NCBI GenBank assembly: GCA_000320545.1 | Contig: ADNK01000622.1 | Location: 1-33,396, forward strand | DNA length: 33,396 bases | Direction: 5' to 3' | Source: Bigelowiella natans CCMP2755 | Lineage: Eukaryota; Protista; Cercozoa | Made by a program: the position numbers and the translations under genes | In this document: positions 13,647 through 23,751 of the stretch, one piece after another | Layout: each line of letters starts with the position of its first letter | How positions within the stretch are numbered: the stretch's first letter is position 1 | The notes under the pieces: model-generated | The model's database searches: none | What the model was told of the DNA's origin: nothing | The model's input: only the letters and a program-made list of their open reading frames with translations

Positions 13647-13961
13647 ATAGTGTTGTTGGTGAAAATAATATCCATGATGGTGACGGTGATGATGGATTGT
13701 GCATTGAGTATTTGAAGATCAGGTCGCCGTCACAGATAGATCTCATTATCATGATGATAATAATTAGGATTACAAAAATTCACTTCCTATTGTAGTTTAC
13801 AATAGATTATAATACTAACAACATCTCATCGCATCCTGTATGATGATGATCATGATCACTACTTACTTAGCCATTGACAAAGCTTGATGGGGCATCATTG
13901 TTAGCACCTGCATGTGGTGGTGGTGGTGGTGGTTGCGACAGTGTGCAGTAACAACAACAGC

Positions 13962-13998
<37 letters not shown>

Positions 13999-14296
13999 AA
14001 TGAAGAAGAAAGAGAAGCAATGTCAGACTATCGACGATTCACTGGCAGATCTCCTTTATACATTATAATCGCAAAAATTTAGAAAATGTTGTTGTGTTTG
14101 GTTATTGGAACATCTTTGCTACCTTATACCAAATTGAATATTATAACACAGTACTGCTATGTAGTAATAATTCACAAGTGCCAGCATTTGCAATCTGCTT
14201 TACATACTACTACATACATACAGAATCGAGGCTGAGCAAGGTTCCAAGATATCCCATATAACATTTGTGCTAAACAAATCAAATAAAACAACAATG

Positions 14297-14336
<40 letters not shown>

Positions 14337-14954
14337 GCACTTCATTTTAACCATATGCTGTTTCATTTTGATGATCTCAATCAATCACATATCCAAATAT
14401 TTTGCAAGTCATTTCCTTCATAATTCTCACATGAAAGTCATCTTTGCAGCTTAGGCTGGTTAACCAGAACTTCTTCATAAACGCTATTATGAAATGCTGC
14501 GTTTTGATCATAAAAACAACGGAAATATACCCAGAAATACGTGTCAAAAGAGCTGCAAGCTGATATCATTTTGTTGTGTTTATCATCCATCTGGCTCATT
14601 GTCAACACTATCATCATTATCATGTACCACTGTTGACCTATTGATTCAAATACTACCTTATAGACTCTACCATCCCTTTGCTTTAACCAATCTTGAATTT
14701 CTGAGCTCTTTCACATCAAGAATACCGGTGTTTGTTTATATCCGAAAAAAAAGGTGTAAATTTGAATTATGAATTTGGTAAAATATGAGATAGCAATAAA
14801 GTTGACATCATCATCTTCCACTAGAGCTACTACTACTAGCTGATGATGATGGCAAATGCTTATATTCACAAATCTATCAAAAGTGTAGACTTCAGTCAAA
14901 GTCACAGTAACACCTTCAAAATTATGTTAACACGACACACACACACACACACAC

Positions 14955-14987
<33 letters not shown>

Positions 14988-15103
14988 TGTATTTGCATGC
15001 TTTCCGAAGGTTCAGATGGATTACAAGCTACAAAGCATGCTTTTAACAGTTTATATGAGCGAGAATACCACATTCTATTTATCGAGAACAAATCTATAAT
15101 TGT

Positions 15104-15136
<33 letters not shown>

Positions 15137-16193
15137 AACAACTACTCTACTCCTACTTGTTAAAATCTCGGATTCCAAGAATAAATTCCAGCAGCCAAGC
15201 CACTTGGTCATAAGCTACAGAGCCTTCCTTTCGTCTGCAAAACATCACAAGAACGTGGTTTGATCAAAGAATCGAATGGAAGCTAAGGAAAGGCTTGAAA
15301 GCCATGCTGATACAAAATAACGTCTGATAATCGTTTTCTTCAATTGCATAGTAGTAATCTCATTACTTGTCGATTCGTTCGTAGATCTTCTGGATAATGG
15401 CATTTCCCACCTGTGTTATAATTATTATTATCATTATGTGCTTAAATCAATACTACTAGCCGCTGCCTGGTGTATGTGTGAAGTGCAGACTGCTGTAGGT
15501 TTGCAATGTTCTATGTCAAGTTGTAGTACCACCCATTTTCAAAAATAAAGCGTGCGATAATAATAGCACCAGCAGTAGCAGTAGTCTAATTAGAAGGAGG
15601 GGGGCAAATCGAGGAATGTAATGCGGATAGATAGTACCGTTGCAAAGTCCATGATACGAAGTTCACCTAAAAACAAACCATGATGATATGTGATGCATGA
15701 TCATCATGATGTGACCCACACGGGTGGTGGACATGATGAGGAATAAAAGAGAAAGTAGTAGTGGTAGTAGTGGTAGTTATAGTACTAGTGATGTTGTCAG
15801 AACTTCATACCACATATGATAATAATACCAAGGATAAATCCTTGTAGGAGGACAACATTCCACTATTATCTACTTTGTTGTTTGATGATTGAATGATCTA
15901 CCTTTGATTGTTACTCTCTTCAATATGCCTTTCATATCCTATAGTTAAGAGAGGATGACAATTAGTAAATAGTAGCACGATGATCATGATGATGATGATG
16001 GTGATGGATTACTGGGGCTAGGTATAATATCATACCCGGAAGATTCAAACAACATCATCCAACTAATTCGCACTAGAAATGAAGCATTGATGATGAACTT
16101 CTTACGTGCTTCAGAAGGATATCCACAGGGGTCTCTTGGATGAAATCCTCCCAATTCTAAATAGCATTATAATACAGAAGACACACAAACACA

Positions 16194-16233
<40 letters not shown>

Positions 16234-16544
16234 AGGGTATATGGGTAAGGCTCAAGAATACTAATCTAGTTCAAAAAGAAGATACTTTAACAAACCCAAT
16301 CTTATCTAACTCCTTTGGGGGTTAAATCTGCTTGTATGAGTGCTTCTTAACCTCATCAGACATCGACGTTTTAGGGGTCATTATCTTGAACAATTGTTGA
16401 CACTGCAATGGTGATGGTGTAGTAGTAGAAGTAGTAGTAGTACAATTGTGTTATTATTCAGTTATATAATATCCACATGTGCAGTACTGAGTACTTCAAA
16501 AATACAAAAAAGATACTCAGGCATACATTAATACATATATATGA

Positions 16545-16575
<31 letters not shown>

Positions 16576-16612
16576 CATAAATACATGATGTATATGTAAT
16601 ATATACATGTTT

Positions 16613-16654
<42 letters not shown>

Positions 16655-16667
16655 ACGTTTGATTTGG

Positions 16668-16714
<47 letters not shown>

Positions 16715-16893
16715 AATACATGATGTATATGTAATATATACATGTTTGAAAGAGAGAGAGAGCGAGAGAGAGAGACAGAGAGAGATATTTGACGTTTGAT
16801 TTGGATAAACTACAAAATGATTGAATACTTATTGTTCTAGAAAAAAGAAAGTGTTGGACAAAACTTTATTGTTGAGAAGCATCTCTCTTATTT

Positions 16894-16924
<31 letters not shown>

Positions 16925-17469
16925 CACACTGTTCATTATGTTTGCAAGCAGCGCGATCAAAAAGCAAAGGATGACGACGATGATGACCCAAAAGTGCTTC
17001 TCTATATTTTGCCCGATTGCTGTAGTTCGGTTGGAATGCCATGTCTGATCATCAACAATTTAGAACAATTTAGAAGAAGAAGAAGAAGAAGAAGAAGAAG
17101 AAGAAGGAAAATACAGTACACACAATGTAGAACAATGTCTCTCTTAATACGTCGTTCTGAATTTCAACACGAGAGCGTTTAGATATCTTTTTTCTTGCTT
17201 TGGCTCCTGATTTTTGAAGAGTGAGACATCATCATGAGATTGAAACAACTGTAACATTATGTATCATTATTACATAGTTGTCATGTATTTGCACATAATA
17301 ATAACTTTACATAAGCTTTGTTTCAACTTTTTCCAATCTAAAAATGGTGTACACGCACACAACAGGTACAAGTGATAAAATGCCCACGAGTATTATCCAG
17401 CAGTAGTACGTACAATACAACGAGCATAATCTGTGGTAGCTAAACAAAGAAGCGAAAACAAGGAGGCGT

Positions 17470-17504
<35 letters not shown>

Positions 17505-17584
17505 GTAATAGTACCTCGCCAAACTCTTTGAAGTATACTCACTGCAGCTTCATCTGTCATTTTTCGTCGGACCACTCTAAAGCA

Positions 17585-17619
<35 letters not shown>

Positions 17620-18399
17620 AATAGTGGAAACAACTACATGATGCAGTAATTCTGGGACGGATATAGCATGGTTGTAGCATGATTAGAAGAAGAAGCAGAA
17701 AGAGAGAGAATATACGTGCGTACAATTTAAGAATCGTAACATATGGATCAGGTCCAACAAACGACAGAAAACCAAAACAAAAAATCTGATTATTCCATTT
17801 GGAGGAACCACATTTTAGAGATAACACACTTTCTTGATTTGACGTATTCTGTCCTCGTTGTTTTGGCTATATCCATCCAAGATCTGGGAAAAAACATTCT
17901 ACTTCTTTAGGAGGAGTGGTATAGGGGATTTATCGTCATATGTTCAGCTGCTGCAGCTCATGCTGCTCTGGTCTGCTCTTGCTGTTTTATGCTATATACG
18001 GTACTACTACTACTACTAATCACAAATAGCATACGGATAATGATGGTGATGATGATGATGATGATGATGCTAGTGATGATGACATACTCTGAATTCTTAT
18101 TGAAGCTCACGAGGAATCGCAGAAACTTCAGGAGGATGAACCTAAATATTGTTATACATACATCCAAAGTTAGTGTGTAATTAAAATGTTCCTCCTCCTC
18201 CTCCTCGTCCTCCTCCTCCTCCTCCTGACTGTGATCTGTTAATAATGGTGGCAAATGATTAGTTGTTTTCGAATTCTTCACACTTTGGATTCCGATGGGC
18301 GGATGCTACGAATACAACCTAAAAATGTTAGAATAAGAATAAGAACATTTCGACTAGGAATGAACCAACGAACACACTATAAGATGACAGATTACATAT

Positions 18400-18430
<31 letters not shown>

Positions 18431-20863
18431 GACTGCAATACATCTTGCCTCTTATCCCTGCCACCCACCAATCTAATGGCGGGTAATGAACAACTACCTC
18501 CTTAAGTGCCTCATCCATGAAGATTTCGAATGATATTTTACTCAACTTGAACCTGACGTTGTAAACAGTACATGAGAAGAAGTAGAAGAAGAAGAAGAAG
18601 AAGAAGAAGAAGAGGGTAGCCGTGTTGGTCTTATCTGGTATCTAGTAAGCGAGTGCTGCAGTGAGGCCATAAGAATAATTCATAACGTGATACTAGTGTT
18701 GTTGCTCTCATTGATTTCACCTCCTTTCTTCTTTTCCTTATTGAATAATAACAAAATCACAAGCAAACTGTACGTCGAGAACTAACTGTATATTCTAGCT
18801 TTCTCTCTCTATCTGCATAACATTTGTTTGATGTTAAGGAAGTGGTCGACGTTCACTTCCATACAAATCGAGTAGTACTCATGATGATAATTCTTCAATA
18901 TTCACCTTCGATGCCACCGAGAGTAAATCGTTTGAACATATCTATTGGCCATACATTGCATATTACCGTTTATTCTCAAGAAGAGTTGATATATAGCAGC
19001 TTCAAGCACAAATGAAGTAATTCTATTCTAATTATTATTATTTTTGTTGTCGTTGTAGTAGAAATTTCCCAAGTAAATACTACCATCAATATGGCAGAGG
19101 GATTTGAGACAAGCAAATAATTTTGATCATAATAATAATAATGTCTCTCTCCCTCTCCCTCTCCCTCCCTCTCTCTGTGCGTGTGTATTGAATATTTGTT
19201 GAATTTTCACCCTCCGCATTCGAAAATGGTGAATAGTGCTGCAGCATTTTGTCCCAGTATAGTCGCATCTTTTGGTACTTTGGAAAGATGGGCTTCCTGT
19301 AAAACAGTAAGGTTTATTTGCATGCAATGCGATGAGTGCCATCACAAAAAATTACAAAACCTCAAACGTTGGAGATTTTCTTGGCAAATACGATTTAGAG
19401 CGTTTATACCCCGATTTTCCCTATAACAAGATGATATCGATTCAACATCTTGCACCTCTCCTCCTCCTCCTCCTCCTCCTCCAAGTTAATGACACAAGAT
19501 ACCCACCTTATCGCTCCTACGACTATGACTAGACATGCTGCTGTGACTCCGTGTAAGCTAGTTTATTATTATTGAAGTATCGACGACAAGGGGGGAGGAA
19601 ATACAGCAGCTGTCATCCAAATGATGGATGATGGTATGTTTTTTTAGTTATTCAAGAAAATCGTGAATAAAACAGTTATAATAAAAATTCCTGAGAATTA
19701 CTGGTGAAGATTCCCCAGACTGTGGCATATTCTTGCATTCCATCTCAAAGATGTAGATCTTTTTGAATGCGTTCTCAGTCAGAAGCTGCATTTAATTGGA
19801 AAAATCAAAAGTACACACATAATTGATTTGTTGGGAGCAGTTATAGAGAGACTTCATGAATCATCAAATACTACCTCAATCAACTTCTCGAATTCAATGT
19901 ATTCAAACACGCTAGCTTCGAAGGCGTTGCACTTGATTGTATATACAACACCCGAAATTATAAAACATTATGATTGATCGATTAATCAGTGATTCTTCAA
20001 TTATTTCAGAACAGCATTTTAGGCGCATACTTTATCAGCCCATTGTGAGATGCCTTCTGTGAGTTCATCCGGTTTCACTCGCTTGGTGGAAGGTAACTTA
20101 AAGTGAGCCACGAAATGGTCCAAAGAATTCCTCACCCCTTTGGACATCAGAATTGGTGCATAAAGCTACCAAACATGTCAAAAGAGTAGGTCAACATCTC
20201 ATAAGCAAACGCAACTTTCTTTGGGATGTGAAAATTTACATGTTTGAGAAGCTTGCTCCATCGAAAATGGTCAACGTTCGGTGAGATCACCTGAACACAA
20301 TTGAATGTAGTAAAATTCCTTTAAAACTCTCACAAATATGAAATTATTTTATACGAATTCTTCACCTTCAAAAAGTATCTTAATATGTCCTCTACTTTGA
20401 CTATCTCTGCACATTTTTTGTCCCCAAAATATTCGTTTTTTTTCCTGTGGAAGAAGACGCAACACAACTTCAAATCATCAACCCTTGGAAAGCTTGTGGA
20501 TGGAGCGAATCTGTCGCCATCCTTCATGTTACACCTGAAGTGGCTCTTGAATCTATCGTCGGTGCGGTTTATTTCAGTGTTAGCTTTCCTATTAAACAAC
20601 AAATGACTTGTCCGTTCTATTTAATTTTCAATTATTGATGTTCTTACTCAAAATGCTTGAAAAATGGTCTACTTAATGCACCCCCTAGGTGCCAACCTAC
20701 AAAGAAAGTAAGGCATGTTGGATACCGAAAAGAAGGAGAATATGATGATGATGATGATGATGATGATGGTTATAATCATGATATACCATCGTTGATACGT
20801 CGTTTTAACATTTTCTAGCAGAATCCTTGATTCATGAAGATACTGATAAACGACGTAGGACAA
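12018..20863 (-). CDS. Large multi-exon protein with an IQ calmodulin-binding motif and degenerate EF-hand-like motifs
   Basis: Exons 17515-17576 + 17151-17206 splice to AAVSILQRVWRGAKARKK (IQxxxRGxxxR consensus). Exons 15638-15666, 15367-15410 and ~15157-15234 give GELRIMDFAT-VGNAIIQKIYERIDKRKEGSVAYDQVAWLL (EF-hand-like loop, non-canonical ligands). Many other short GT-AG exons from ~12370 to ~20860. Ends approximate. Confidence 0.65.
16566..16809 (+). repeat. Intronic tandem duplication of a ~110-140 bp unit containing (TA)n and (GA)n
   Basis: (ta)n-cataaatacatgatgtatatgtaatatatacatgtttgaaa-(ga)n-tttgacgtttgatttggataaa occurs twice (16566-16672, 16673-16809). Unique parts are identical; the microsatellites differ. 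Confidence 0.95.
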
Positions 20864-21229
20864 GCAATCAGTGACTTCAAAGCTCGGAAGTAACCATCAA
20901 ACGTGGCTTCTGTGGAGGGGCGAATGTCGACAGAATTTTCTTTTAATCTCAGCTTGTAAGAAGGTGATGAATGTGGCAGGGTGGATGGTGAGGGTGGCCT
21001 ACTAGTCTACCTATAGAAAAACAGAACGTAAAATGGAGGTTGGAGCAGCCCGTTACAACAGGAGGGAGGTCCAACAGCAGCAACGCTCTGGTTGTCGTCG
21101 TCCTCTTTGTAGTCACGGCAATTATCATAAAACAAGGGGATTTTCACATTGCGACACGGAACACACAAAGGGCATTTTAATACGAGTACAACAAATAATG
21201 CAACGACTAAAAATGTTCCTGCAGTCTAA

Positions 21230-23520
21230 CTGAAGTCTCACCTCCTCCCCGCCTGCTCTGCCTGCAGCTGTTGTCTAGCGAAACTGTGCAACGATGGGAA
21301 GGAAATCCAAGGCAAGGGATCACATTAGGGATCTGTTCCGGACGGACTTCCTCACAGGTGGGATCAGACCTCTCGAGCTGCTTTCGATTCTCACCGCCTG
21401 CCCTGCTAGATCTTGGTCGTGGTGACTTTCGTCGTGTGGCTAGCAAGCTCCTCAATTTCCCTCAGAAAAGGGTTGTTGAAACCAGAATGATGCGACTGGT
21501 CGGTTTTTCGTGAGCCACCTCACCACTTGTTTTGGGGTGGCGTTTCAGACAGTTCATGCACCAAGTCTGTGTCAATCAGGGAGTTCGAGGCACGTGCCGG
21601 TGAGAATGGATCCTGAAATGGCCAAAACTTTTCACGAACTGTCTTGCCGAATGCATGACAATCTCACAGACACCCGAGAGCCCTGAAGTGCAGAGAGTTG
21701 GCGTCTGGTTTCCCTTTTCGGGAGAATGCGTGAACAACGTTTGCACGCATGCCAGCATGTGTCCCGAATGCTCTCACTTGCGCACAACATCCTGTGGCGC
21801 TCAGTTTGCACGCCACACCAGCACGGCCGGACAGGCAGAGCGACGTCCGTTGTGTGCGTGACTCGCGACACACAACGTCCCAGGACGTCTCACGGCACGT
21901 GTGTCGCACGTGCCAGCATGGAACGCTCTGAGAACGCGCAGCTCGCTGCTCTTGTGTTCTTGGAAAGTTCTTTCGTTCTTCCTTGGACTGGCCGCGTTCT
22001 TGGACAAGTCCAGGAACTGTCACAGAACGTTCTGCACATCACAGCGTTCGTGCAGCACGACAAAGGCGTCGGAACGACGCACAGTGAAAACAACGCATGA
22101 TTGCATTGCAAGTGAAAGCTTTCTCGGAGCCGCACGCGCAACTTGAGCCTGCTTGCATGCAACTCAACTCAAAAGACAACACAACTCAAACACCACAACT
22201 GCAAACAACAGTTCAAGTTTCATCAACGCTTTCATGAACCACGTTCAACCGCCTCTTGTTGACGCAGCAGCGATGCATGCGTGCACCCCAATGCCCGATT
22301 CAGTGCAGGACGACAAAATCGTTGATCGCTGTCTCGACAGGCCCGGTGCAAAGGCAAAGCAAGCACGGGAACCTCCTGTCGGCAGGGCGTCTCTCAACTC
22401 GTCAGCTGAGAGCAAGTCTAGAAGTGCGCGCTCGGCACATCCCCATTGGCACACGCCGCTGACGAGGGCGATGTGCACTCCAGAGTGAGCGCGACAATCC
22501 ATCGGCTGAACTTGGACCACCGATTTTTGTCTGTGCAAAGTGATTGTGTTTGATCAACTGTGAAAGTGGCAGCAACACTCAATGGGGAACTGCTGTGTGC
22601 ATCAATGAACAACGTCAATTTGTTGACAACTCATCGATCAGACTTTGCATCAACTTGATCGTTGCGTGGCAATGAAATTGGAGGCAAACGTGCGACACAA
22701 CAGTTCCACCTTGAGCCAATTTGACTTGCACACACAGCCGCGCAAGTCATTGTGATGGCCATCCAAAAACAACTTGTTGTGCGCTGGTGCGAACGGATCG
22801 GTTGCATGCGATGGTGCACCTGTGTCTCAACAGCAGCTTGAGGAGACGATCGATGTGGCCACAAACAATGAAGAGCTCCTCAGCTCCATCCTGCTGGCCT
22901 GCTGCACGTGTGCATGCACAGCACCTCAGATCCATCACTGCGGCACGTTGACCGATCAGCGTCACCCACTCCGAAGCACACAGCTTGCGCGCCTTGACAA
23001 TGAGAACAACAAGGACGATCGATGGCCCGGCTGCATGCGAATGGTCAAAATGCTGCGTCGCATCATGCATCGCACAATGCCTGTTGTCATGCAGACAGAG
23101 CAAGTTCAGACAATCATCAATGGCAACATCAGCATGCCAACTCCCATGCGTGACAGCAGCAGTCAACACAATGTTTGGCTGACACTTGCACGTTTGGCGA
23201 GACTGCTGCATTCATGGCCATTGACCAGCAGCCACGTTGATCACATCACGAAGGGCATGGAACCCATCAAGGAAATTCGTCAGTCGGCTTGCCACCTTCA
23301 CGTCGAGCAAACTGAGGCCAAGAAGGCTGCTGCTGCCGCGAAGAAGGAAAGATGAAGCAAGATCGCTTGAAGAAGCGCCGCCAGCGCCGCTAAGCGACTT
23401 CTTGCCGTGCACTGATCAACACCAGAATGGAAAAATGGGCTGCTTTCTGTCTTCATGTCCCTACTGCACTGTGGACATGGAGACGATCTTGCCATGTTGT
23501 GGTTTGATGCAGCATTGCAT
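21230..23520. other. TpA-depleted (hypermutated) island 2, intergenic
   Basis: Manual count of 7 TA in ~2290 bp: CTAG 21275, 21406, 21440, 22418; TTAG 21325; CTAA 23390; CTAC 23461. No TA in 21443-22418 or 22421-23390. Confidence 0.95.
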
Positions 23521-23751
23521 CGTTACAAAACAATTTTTCCTTCATCTCAGCGTCGTAACGTGCTTCTGCTGGGCCCAGTACCCGCAGAATCCCTGGTCGA
23601 TCCTCCATCCGCAATGGAATCTCTTACCCTCTGCGTGTGGTTAGTGCACAAACATACAATCACACGTACACACAAACTGACGCATGTGTCAACACGCAAA
23701 TTGGATAAAACCACAAGAAATAAATTCTGTATATCATTTCTTATGTTTTAG
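22774..23751 (+). pseudogene. Intronless decayed coding sequence (TE- or virus-like origin suspected, family unidentified)
   Basis: ORFs 22774-23355 and 23455-23751 share one frame, separated by three TGA (23353, 23368, 23413) that read well as Arg (KKERRSKIARRSAASAAKRLL). The 193-aa ORF has 0 Tyr but 9 Cys, 10 His and 9 internal Met. It is uninterrupted for ~580 nt, whereas most host exons are ~40-170 nt. Probably extends upstream to ~22270 with frameshifts. Confidence 0.55.

Noticed and set aside
21325-21330. TTAGGG hexamers (also near 12847, 16371, 33305) as telomeric repeats
   Set aside because: Single isolated copies, expected by chance.
23353-23415. In-frame TGAs as evidence of an alternative genetic code or selenocysteine
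   Set aside because: They lie in a decayed sequence and fit CGA->TGA; the confident host exons translate without stop readthrough.
21230-23520. Bacterial HGT or contamination as the cause of the island composition
   Set aside because: At ~50% GC, ordinary coding DNA would not lack TA (and Tyr codons) for ~1 kb twice. Many prokaryotes avoid CTAG, whereas here it is the main survivor. The same depletion also covers a predicted host intron in island 1.
21576-23644. Pile-up of overlapping ORFs in all six frames (also 2835-3885) as overlapping genes or an operon
   Set aside because: Loss of TA removes TAA and nearly all TAG stops, so long ORFs arise automatically.
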